Under the pieces are notes generated by a model. The model did not search any database. It saw only the letters and a list, made by a program, of their open reading frames with translations, and was not told where the DNA came from. 32,000 nucleotides of DNA from contig NC_015931.1 in the NCBI RefSeq assembly GCF_000223395.1, forward strand, positions 390,001-422,000. The letters are read 5' to 3'. The stretch is from Pyrolobus fumarii 1A. GTDB taxonomy: Archaea; Thermoproteota; Thermoprotei_A; Sulfolobales; Pyrodictiaceae. Below, piece by piece: positions 17,256 through 24,476 of the stretch; position 1 is the first letter of the stretch; every line of letters begins with the position of its first letter. The position numbers were made by a program, and so were the translations under genes.

Positions 17256-17465
17256 TTACGCGACTCTCTTGACTTGTATGCGTGCTAGCCCGTAGCCTCT
17301 GCTCTTATGCCCTCCGATGATTATCGTGTTGCCGCTCTTCGCAAGGTACTCGATGAGCATTTGTAGCAGCTTTTCGGCCTCCCGCCACGCCTCATCCACC
17401 ACCTCGAATCTCTTTCCTATGCCAAGCTCTAGCATCATCTCGTGAGGCTGCTTAACCACTAACAT
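17256..17465 (-). CDS. Small ORF ending in a RAMP-type glycine-rich loop; possible cas gene fragment
   Basis: 69 aa ending ...SGNTIIIGGHKSRGYGLARIQVKRVA. This resembles the C-terminal G-rich loop of RAMP (Cas5/6/7) proteins; compare ILGGKYTLSSGIIRV in the cmr4 gene of this window. The frame stays open upstream to about 17545, overlapping the next gene. Confidence 0.3.
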   Translation of the reverse strand: MLVVKQPHEMMLELGIGKRFEVVDEAWREAEKLLQMLIEYLAKSGNTIIIGGHKSRGYGLARIQVKRVA

Positions 17466-17499
17466 GTAGCCGGTGAACTCAATGCCAGGTTCTACATAC

Positions 17500-17757
17500 T
17501 CAACATAGCCGTGTTTGCTGCCTCTTCTCCCCGATGATCCCGGTTATCTTCTCCGAGGGTCTCTCCGCGATGGCCTCAATTATCCTCTCTGCCTTCCACA
17601 CCTCGATGCCGACTATCCTCCCGTCCCTCACCTCGGCGAAGATATCGTCGGCTATCTCTATAGTATCGTCGACCGGCCCCTCCTCGACGAGGATGTAGAG
17701 GATGTCGTGGTCGGGGTCGTAGCGTATCCTAGGCTCGCGTATCTCCGCAGCACCCAT
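17500..17757 (-). CDS. DUF2283-family protein (putative antitoxin partner)
   Basis: RIRYDPDHDILYILVEEGPVDDTIEIADDIFAEVRDGRIVGIEVWKAERI matches the DUF2283 pattern (YDxExDxLYI...D..G.ivGIEi). It overlaps the upstream DUF4258-like ORF by 29 nt. Confidence 0.7.
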   Translation of the reverse strand: MGAAEIREPRIRYDPDHDILYILVEEGPVDDTIEIADDIFAEVRDGRIVGIEVWKAERIIEAIAERPSEKITGIIGEKRQQTRLC

Positions 17758-17962
17758 GTATACACACCCATCTGCCGCTACTCACCCTACCCTCCTCCAC
17801 CTCTAACCCGCCAGTCGCGATCACCGTAACCACCACCATGCACCCCTGCCCCTCCTCGGCCACAACGAGCACACGCCAGCTACCGATCCACGAGGCGTAG
17901 ACCAGGCGCCTCGCAACCACATCATAGTATATCCTGTCGGCCTCCTCCATCACCGCGAGCAC
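17729..17962 (-). CDS. DUF4258-like protein (putative toxin partner), start uncertain
   Basis: ...RRIDAATVLAVMEEADRIYYD...WRVLVVAEEGQGCMVVVTVI resembles DUF4258. The frame is open upstream to about 18019 with no ATG. The GTG at 17962 would cut into the conserved N-terminal part, so the gene may be 5'-truncated or use an unusual start. Confidence 0.45.
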   Translation of the reverse strand: MLAVMEEADRIYYDVVARRLVYASWIGSWRVLVVAEEGQGCMVVVTVIATGGLEVEEGRVSSGRWVCIHGCCGDTRA

Positions 17963-18436
17963 CGTAGCCGCGTCGATGCGCCTCTCCCCAGCCAGAGCAG
18001 GACATGACGAGTGAACCTCTCACGCACCCGACGCCCAACCCTACTCCCGCCGATCGACGAGTAGGCAAGGAAGCCGCCTTACAGGATAGTAATACCATGG
18101 TTGCATCGGGGCTCTATACTAGCGGGGCTTCGGGGCTATCAGGCTGGTTTCGTCTCCACTGCTAGGTCTTCACAGCTTCCCCCGGACCCACGAAACCCTC
18201 CTATACTCCCCGGGGATACCCAAATGTAGCCTACAAACGCGGGCCTCGAGGCAGCGTAGATGGCTGCTGTCATCAGGACTGACTCCCTACCCCGCCACGT
18301 CCGTCACGTCGCCCACGCCTTATGCCGAGCTCGTCTAAGAGCATGTGTAGTTTTCCGCAGCCTCGAGCGAGTCCACGTCAAGGCTCACGAAGGAGCTTGA
18401 TTTCGAGCCAGTAGCCGCGGGCCAACGGCAGCTTGC

Positions 18437-18715
18437 CTACGCCTGGGCAGGGCACTCCCAGGTTATCCTCGCTACCTTCTTGGCAATCTTCTGGCGGGCG
18501 ACAATCATCGGCACTATTATACGCGCATCGCGGGCTGGCCTCTCGCTCCAGGCGTATAGCATCGTGTACTCCAGGAGACCTCTACTCCTCATACACTCTG
18601 CCAGTATTCCAGCTACCCTCGTGGACTCAACCCCGAAGCATGTACAAGTATAGTATAGGTGCAGCCTCGGGTACACACTCCCATACAAGGCTCTCCATAC
18701 TAGCCCCGGTAGCAC
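18437..18715 (-). CDS. Doubtful ORF (92 aa, GTG start)
   Basis: The only ORF over 60 aa on this strand in an otherwise ORF-poor 0.8-kb stretch. No motif recognised. A fully overlapping plus-strand ORF is equally unconvincing. Confidence 0.15.
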   Translation of the reverse strand: MLPGLVWRALYGSVYPRLHLYYTCTCFGVESTRVAGILAECMRSRGLLEYTMLYAWSERPARDARIIVPMIVARQKIAKKVARITWECPAQA

Positions 18716-18804
18716 CTAGAACCCTCCACGATGAGACTACACAAATGCTCGAGGTCAACCACTCGCCTACACCTCGAGAACATAATCACGTATAAATAGA
18801 GTTC

Positions 18805-20145
18805 TTAATCTTCTCTCGCCTCTCTGCTCTGGCTACCATCCTCAACTTCCAACTCCAGCTCAGTTCCTGCAACTGGCATCTCTCCTAGACTCCGCTCTAA
18901 GCACTTGTTAACTGCGTGCGACCTCACCCTCATCGCTATGTTGGTAGCTAACCTCTCTACCTCCTCCGAGTGTAACACAAGGTAGACGGTCCCCTTTTGC
19001 TCGAACACTGCATCTAGAAGTTCCACCTTGATAGACGCCCATGTGGGTACCAGGAGGATCCAGCTGTGTTTCTCTCCACGACTGATCAGCTTGTCAATAG
19101 CCTCCTTGGCTTTGCTTTTCACTCTCTCCGCTAGGCGCTTAGCAGCCTCGAAGCACTCTTCGGGGTCGCCTCTCGATGTTACGCCAAGTCCAAGTATTTC
19201 CTTCCCGACAACCTCGCCTATGATATCGTCTAGCAGGCGTTGTGTTGATCTGCGCACCTTCCTCTCGGAGAGGAGCACCTCTAGGAGTGGCCTGGACTCT
19301 GCTTGGGAGTATGCGAGTACCGCGTAGGGAGTCCCCCAGCGCTCGAGCTGTTCCTGGACCATATTATCGCGGGATAACTGTACCAGCACGCCGCCAGTCT
19401 CCGATGCAACGCTCCAGATGAGGTCTAATGAGGGGTCAATCCTAGCTATCTCCTTGAGGCGGCTGGACTCTATCGAGGCAAACCCGGTGAGGCCATCCAT
19501 GTCGAGGAGTATTTCTACTCCGAGCTTGTCGCCGCGAGCGTAGATGCGATAGGCCCTTACACGGACACGTCGAAGCCTATCGGCAACTATGTACTCGTGG
19601 GGCTCGCACAGCGTCTCTAAACACACGCCCTCGTTGCCACGCGGGTAGGCCGTAAGTAGAGCCTTAGGGTAGAAGAGCTTCCTTAGCCCGTTGAACTCGG
19701 CTAGAACGTCGATGATTTTCTCCTTGGCGTCACGCGGCATCTTGTCTAGGAGCCTCTCGGCTAGGATGAGGGCCTCTACCTCGTCAGGCCTCACGGCATA
19801 CGGGAGCCTCTCCCAACCCTCTCTCGCTAGCACCGCGTCAACCTCCACCATGCCGTGACCAGCAGCCTGCAGGTGATGCACCAGCTCGTGGAGGAGATCG
19901 CCCAAGCCAGCCCCGCTGTACAGTATGACTCGGTGCTCATCGGGCAGGTACCTGCCGCGGATCACCGGGTCCCTATGCTCATCCTCGGCGTTCTCCACCT
20001 CCTCGCGGAGGGAGAGGGTAACCCCACGCAGAGGCTCAGCACCAAGCCCGGCGAGGACACTATTGACAGCCTCTAGTAGCCGCTCTTCAAGCCTCCTCAG
20101 CCTCTCGACAAGCACCCTCCCCGCCACAACACCCGGAGTCGGCAT
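18805..20145 (-). CDS. HExxH metallopeptidase-like protein (ImmA/IrrE, M78-like N-terminal domain) with about 300 aa of uncharacterised C-terminal sequence
   Basis: 446 aa. HELVH is encoded at 19876-19890; 32 residues later comes PDEVEALILAERLLDKMP (19735-19782). Together these fit the ImmA/IrrE pattern HExxH...ExEAxxxAxxLLxP. The rest has no motif I recognise. The ATG at 20145 overlaps the upstream phosphatase-like ORF by 49 nt. Confidence 0.65.
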   Translation of the reverse strand: MPTPGVVAGRVLVERLRRLEERLLEAVNSVLAGLGAEPLRGVTLSLREEVENAEDEHRDPVIRGRYLPDEHRVILYSGAGLGDLLHELVHHLQAAGHGMVEVDAVLAREGWERLPYAVRPDEVEALILAERLLDKMPRDAKEKIIDVLAEFNGLRKLFYPKALLTAYPRGNEGVCLETLCEPHEYIVADRLRRVRVRAYRIYARGDKLGVEILLDMDGLTGFASIESSRLKEIARIDPSLDLIWSVASETGGVLVQLSRDNMVQEQLERWGTPYAVLAYSQAESRPLLEVLLSERKVRRSTQRLLDDIIGEVVGKEILGLGVTSRGDPEECFEAAKRLAERVKSKAKEAIDKLISRGEKHSWILLVPTWASIKVELLDAVFEQKGTVYLVLHSEEVERLATNIAMRVRSHAVNKCLERSLGEMPVAGTELELEVEDGSQSREARED

Positions 20146-20501
20146 AACCGGCTACCCCAGCTGCCAGCGCCTCTCCTACCACACGCCCCTGCGAGACTAA
20201 TCAGCCTACAGACCGCCTTCCCACCGCCCCTAGCCTCAGGACGCAACATGCCCCGCTCCCTGCTGAAGACCCTCATCGCCTCTTTGCACAACACGCTCTC
20301 GACTATAGCGATGTCCGCCGAAGCCACCATGCCTGTGCGGCCGCAGCCACACTCACAGCAAATAGCCACCTTGCCATGCTCCTCTAGAAGCTCTAGAACC
20401 TTGCACAGGACATTTACGATGCTCTCCCAGGGCTTGACGCTAAAATCGAGCACTGGGTAACGGTGGCTCAGCTCCTCAATGCCACACCACGGCATCTTCA
20501 T
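20097..20501 (-). CDS. Cys-X5-Arg phosphatase paralogue, N-terminally truncated (possibly a remnant)
   Basis: YPVLDFSVKPWESIVNV...KVAICCECGCGRTGMVAS...AVCRL aligns with the 8794..9240 protein (YPVEDFSVEPWVNV...RVAICCAGGCGRTGTVAS...AVCRL). The P-loop is at 20337-20357. Only 48 residues precede the catalytic Cys, against 81 in the paralogue, and an in-frame stop lies just upstream of the ATG. The C-terminus diverges and runs into the next gene. Confidence 0.5.
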   Translation of the reverse strand: MKMPWCGIEELSHRYPVLDFSVKPWESIVNVLCKVLELLEEHGKVAICCECGCGRTGMVASADIAIVESVLCKEAMRVFSRERGMLRPEARGGGKAVCRLISLAGACGRRGAGSWGSRLCRLRVLWRGGCLSRG

Positions 20502-20639
20502 AGTGCCGACAGGCTAGGATCCAAATGCTCCCCAAGACGGCCACGATGCCGCCGGTTATGCTAGGGCTCACCATGTGGTACGTGTAGCCGGATCCTGTCA
20601 CGCGGCCGCTCCGTCGACCGACAAGAACTGCACGGAGAG

Positions 20640-21256
20640 CCTTGAGGTGGGGCGGTAATCTGTGACGCTAGCAAAGCCCTCTTTGCGGGCACACAGAGCT
20701 TCAGCTGTCACGGGTTTACGGAGCAGTACTGCCTTCTCTCCGCGGCTAGGGCCCCGTCCTAGCGAGAGTGTGGGAATGGAGAGGCCTAGCCTAATAGCCT
20801 CACGGCTCGCACGGCATACCTCCGCCACCATGGCATGAGCAGTGAGAGGTACACTACCTCCTGGACGGCGAGAAAGCCGTCATACGAGAAGCTAACCAAG
20901 CACCTCGAGCCAGCGACGCCAGCGAGGCCGCACACAGCCAGGAGAGCCCTAGAGACGCTCAACGTGAAGCAAGACACGCACGTCATAGTGGGTAGGCTAT
21001 CGAACCTCCTAGTAGGCTTTTATTATCAATAGTGGACTGTGTATCAGCGCTCGTCGAGAGCAGGGATGACACGCCACACGAGGGCACGACCCACACAAAG
21101 CCCAGAAGATACCATCTGCACATACTATGCGAAATGTCGGGTTACGACAACAGGAAACTAGAGAAGTCCGTGGACGAACTCCTCTCAACATACACCGGCA
21201 AAAAAAAAAAATCTCCATGCGAAACTACAACAAGTTCGCCACCCCGAACAGAATGA
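20640..21256 (+). pseudogene. Degraded cas3'' (HD nuclease) paralogue
   Basis: My translations align with the Cas3'' at 15617..16516:
- ICDASKALFAGTQSFSCHGF..LLSAARA versus LHDAGKALFDNPRSFRCHEV..LLTSAARA.
- AYLRHHGMSSERY versus AYLHHHGMGSSRY.
- ALETLNVKQDTHVIVGRLSNLLVGF versus ALRQLGVKHDADAIIGRLSTLLVGF.
- VSALVESRDD...PRRYHLHILCEMSGY versus VSALLEKREE...PRRYHIRILCEITGF.

Disruptions are in-frame stops at 20643-45, 20760-62 and 21030-32, a frameshift near 21030, and an internal deletion of about 40 codons. The HD His is replaced by Cys (TGT at 20661-63). The 5' limit is uncertain. Confidence 0.75.
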
Positions 21257-21396
21257 ATAACATTGTGATGTGCGACTATCACAGATGGAGACGCCATGAG
21301 GGCGGTTAAGTACACTAGGGTTTCCTTGCCTCCTTTCGACGTCGGTAGAAGTGTGGTAATGAGAGAGCAGAAAATGTAAGATAGGCACCGACGTAT

Positions 21397-23334
21397 CTAG
21401 AGTAGTACGCGTTTCAGCATTGCTAGGGAGGCTTCAAACACCTTGTTGATGATTTCTTCACGGACAGCGTCATCGGCTACATTCTTTGTGGCGACACAGT
21501 GAGTGGGGCAGGCACCACATACCCTTCCGCTGTCCCAACCAACGATACCATTAACAAATTGCGTGGCACCAGTGTGACACTTGACACTAACTTGCGCCCG
21601 ACATGTTGCGATATCAACCACGTTGAAGGTGCCATGCTTACCGCAGACAATAAGCGAGCCTACCCTCTCCTTATAATCCTCCAGTAGTTTTGAAGCCATT
21701 ATCACTACGTACCAGCTATTCGTCTTGCCTATAGGTGTCATTATCACCGGCGACTTTCTCCTCCCAGCTTCCCTACAGTTGCCTACTCCGTAGCCGTTCC
21801 CCTTTTGGTTCCGTGGCAAGCCAAGTATCCATGTATGGAAGGTCTCCCCCATGCTCGTCGTGCTAGCGCCACAGTATAACTTCCATACGCTCTTCAGTAC
21901 TGAACGTGCAATGGCGTCGAGCACGGCTATCTCGTCGGGAGGCCTCACCCGCCTAACTAGTCCAGCCTGCCTAGCCTGCCCCACAGTACCACTTGTAATC
22001 AATATTTTGTAGACTTGTTCACTTTGCCGGTAGCCCACTGCTTGCACTGGTAGAGGCAACGGGTGATGTATGGGGCCTATGGTGTGGACATCTATGCTAT
22101 TCTTTATACGTTCTTCGAGCCCATCCTCGGGTTCCTCAACAACACCTATCTCTACAAGTAGCCGTGCCATACTGATTAATAATTTTTGCGATTTATCCGC
22201 GAAACCATGGGCATCGCCGTCCTTCATACTCTTCGCGAGCTCTGACACCAACCTGCCCACTTCAGAGTCAATTAGATTACTGCCGTCAGCCAGCCTCGGT
22301 ATGAACCTGCCGAAGCCTCTTGCACCACCCCTCCCGAAGCCGTGCAGGGCAGCCGCCAACGCCACAGCTGCTATGGCCAGGCTGGCTAGCTGGCTATGTA
22401 GTCCTCTTCCCAAGAGTAGGCTTGCCTCAAACCCGTCTATCCTAAGCTCGACTTGATAGGCAAATCTACAGCTAGGGCTACAGGCGTAAGGCAGGGGCAG
22501 TTTCTCGAGAAGCTGGTCTATATCCTCAGCGTTGATCAGATTTAGTTTCACACGGGGATTGGCAACTAGACCTGCAATCGCATAAAGGCATCTATCCCTA
22601 GCGATGAGCTCAATGAGCCTCGATAGCTTATCGTTCCTGAGAATATAGTTAATATTGTTTCTGAGTGATTTGCATTCTCTCCCCGTCACAAGGCTCCTAA
22701 TGATGCTCCGAAGTACATCTGGAAACTTTGCATCGAAAATCTTGGATACCAGCTCTTTAGCACCCTCCTCACTAAGGTTCTTTACAAGCAGATCGTACTC
22801 ATAGAGCGTCTCTAATACTCCTATCAAAAGTCTAATCCAGCAGACAGGGCTGCGAGCATAACTACGTGTATCAATTCCCTGGAGGATAAGCCTGTAGACA
22901 TTCTCGAGGCACCTCCTAACTTTCTCCACACACCTCCTGGCATGCCACCCGTAAGTTTCTATGTTAATCGCGGGGTGAACGTGTAACTCGACGATCGATT
23001 TTCTTGTATTATGGGTTTCGCCCGTGTAACCGAAAAGCAGGCCTATAAGCTCGTCAACGCGTCGCAGGTCACGCTTGTCCGCCGCTAATGCCGCAGCAAC
23101 AAGCCTAACAATCCATCTTGTAACCCCCTTTACCGTCTCCGAGTTCAGGGGCGTAACGTATGGCCATCTGTGCTTCATAGTTGCTGTTGAATAATCGCCT
23201 CCCCACCAGGGTGTATATGGCTCGAGTATCACCTTGACGATGGTATACCTATCGTTTAACAAGTTATTAATCGTGTTCACGTCAATTACTTGTACAGAGA
23301 ATCCCGTCATGATTGAAATCACCTCCTTCTTCAC
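21397..23334 (-). CDS. cmr1: Cmr1 (type III-B RAMP subunit), unusually large
   Basis: EPYTPWWGGDY...SETVKGVTRWIVRLV, LLFGYTGETHNTRKSIVELHV, G-rich loop GFGRGGARGFGRF, then a second RAMP module HTWILGLPRN...GRRKSPVIMTPIG. Last gene of the cmr4-cmr5-cmr6-cmr1 operon. The GTG at 23334 overlaps the cmr6 stop; alternative ATG at 23310. Confidence 0.8.
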   Translation of the reverse strand: MKKEVISIMTGFSVQVIDVNTINNLLNDRYTIVKVILEPYTPWWGGDYSTATMKHRWPYVTPLNSETVKGVTRWIVRLVAAALAADKRDLRRVDELIGLLFGYTGETHNTRKSIVELHVHPAINIETYGWHARRCVEKVRRCLENVYRLILQGIDTRSYARSPVCWIRLLIGVLETLYEYDLLVKNLSEEGAKELVSKIFDAKFPDVLRSIIRSLVTGRECKSLRNNINYILRNDKLSRLIELIARDRCLYAIAGLVANPRVKLNLINAEDIDQLLEKLPLPYACSPSCRFAYQVELRIDGFEASLLLGRGLHSQLASLAIAAVALAAALHGFGRGGARGFGRFIPRLADGSNLIDSEVGRLVSELAKSMKDGDAHGFADKSQKLLISMARLLVEIGVVEEPEDGLEERIKNSIDVHTIGPIHHPLPLPVQAVGYRQSEQVYKILITSGTVGQARQAGLVRRVRPPDEIAVLDAIARSVLKSVWKLYCGASTTSMGETFHTWILGLPRNQKGNGYGVGNCREAGRRKSPVIMTPIGKTNSWYVVIMASKLLEDYKERVGSLIVCGKHGTFNVVDIATCRAQVSVKCHTGATQFVNGIVGWDSGRVCGACPTHCVATKNVADDAVREEIINKVFEASLAMLKRVLL

Positions 23335-24473
23335 CTGTATATAATCAACTCTTTTAGTATAAAAACTGAGTATCCTCTAGCCGTACGCGCGCCAATACCT
23401 TGAGAAAGTGCGGTTTTCAACAGTACTGCTAGCATATATTCAGGAGCTGCGACTTTAAGCTTTAACAGGCTTGCAAGCTTTCTCAACGTGTCCTCCGAGT
23501 TACAATAGCAAGTGGTGGCTATACACCCTCTAAACACGAGTTTCTCTCTGAGGACCACGTGGACTACCGGTGTTGGTTGCGCCTCGAACTCGCTCCTAGC
23601 CTCCCTGTAGTGCGGTGTTATCACGTAGGGTTCGAAAATTGGACAGGATTCTGCGCTATTCTCGCACCCGACGAGTATAGCGTCGGTGAAGACTAGGCAT
23701 GATGTGCGAGCCTCTAATCTCGACTCGAGGTCGCGTAGGCCTTCACGCCCAAGAAGCTTCTCGAGGAGCATCCTCTCTTCTCTCTGCAGATCCTCAGCCG
23801 CACCGAACAGCTCATAGGCGAGATGTATACACTCGCGTTTATTTGAAGCCCTCTGTGCACAGAGAGAGACCAGTGTTGCTCGCAATGCGCCTTTCACGCT
23901 TGAGGCGGGTAGGTACACAGTATAAAGCGTCGGGTGAATCGCTACTCCGACCTCGAAGAGGGAGTAAAGGGGGCCGCTCGACACACCCCAGAGGCCTTTC
24001 GAGGATAACATCGCCTCGTAGGTTAGTACGAACCCCCTACACATCCTGGCTTCCCGTCTCAACGTCTCAATGAGAGGGTCTCCGGGCGCACAGTACGGTA
24101 TGCCACTAGGCACAGCTTTAACTTCTGACAACTTCTCGGCAGCCCACTTTTTTAACGCAGCTTGTACTTCTTTCACGTCGCTACTCCTCTGCAGCGTCTC
24201 CTCAACAACTCGCAGAGCTTCATCCACAAGCCTTGGGTCGCTTACAAGCCTCTTCAGCCTCTCCCCTAACTCTCTAAACTGTCTCCTGACACTCTCGACC
24301 TCCTGCTGCCGCTGTCTACGGTCACGGCCAGACCTTCTTCTATCCTCATTCTTGCTTCTAGCCATACTGGCTAGCGCGACTAATGGAAGTAGATTGCGTA
24401 GATACGCATCGAGACTTTGATTAATAACCATTATTTCTCCATGTGAGCGCATCGCTCGCGTCTCTGTCAACAC
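23331..24473 (-). CDS. cmr6: Cmr6 (type III-B RAMP subunit)
   Basis: VYLPASSVKGALRATL, YELFGAAED, CLVFTDAIL, YVITPHYRE...QPTPVVHVVL...LVFRGCI and the terminal G-rich loop LSQGIGARTARGYSVF all match the Cmr6 layout. GTG start is 3 nt after the cmr5 stop. Confidence 0.8.
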   Translation of the reverse strand: MLTETRAMRSHGEIMVINQSLDAYLRNLLPLVALASMARSKNEDRRRSGRDRRQRQQEVESVRRQFRELGERLKRLVSDPRLVDEALRVVEETLQRSSDVKEVQAALKKWAAEKLSEVKAVPSGIPYCAPGDPLIETLRREARMCRGFVLTYEAMLSSKGLWGVSSGPLYSLFEVGVAIHPTLYTVYLPASSVKGALRATLVSLCAQRASNKRECIHLAYELFGAAEDLQREERMLLEKLLGREGLRDLESRLEARTSCLVFTDAILVGCENSAESCPIFEPYVITPHYREARSEFEAQPTPVVHVVLREKLVFRGCIATTCYCNSEDTLRKLASLLKLKVAAPEYMLAVLLKTALSQGIGARTARGYSVFILKELIIYR

Positions 24474-24476
24474 TTG

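Noticed and set aside
16715-17295. Plus-strand ORFs 16715..17101 and 17104..17295
   Set aside because: The first is the Ser/Leu-rich antisense of the coiled-coil gene. The second spans an intergenic region and the end of the RAMP-loop ORF, with no motif.
20517-20595. Two GGATCC sites flanking a 32-codon hydrophobic mini-ORF upstream of the truncated phosphatase
   Set aside because: A 6-bp coincidence is not a meaningful repeat. The mini-ORF (MVSPSITGGIVAVLGSIWILACRHYEDAVVWH) has no supporting signal.
20598-20986. Minus-strand ORFs 20598..20831 and 20786..20986
   Set aside because: They lie antisense to sequence that aligns collinearly with the intact cas3'' gene on the plus strand. The pseudogene interpretation explains the region better.
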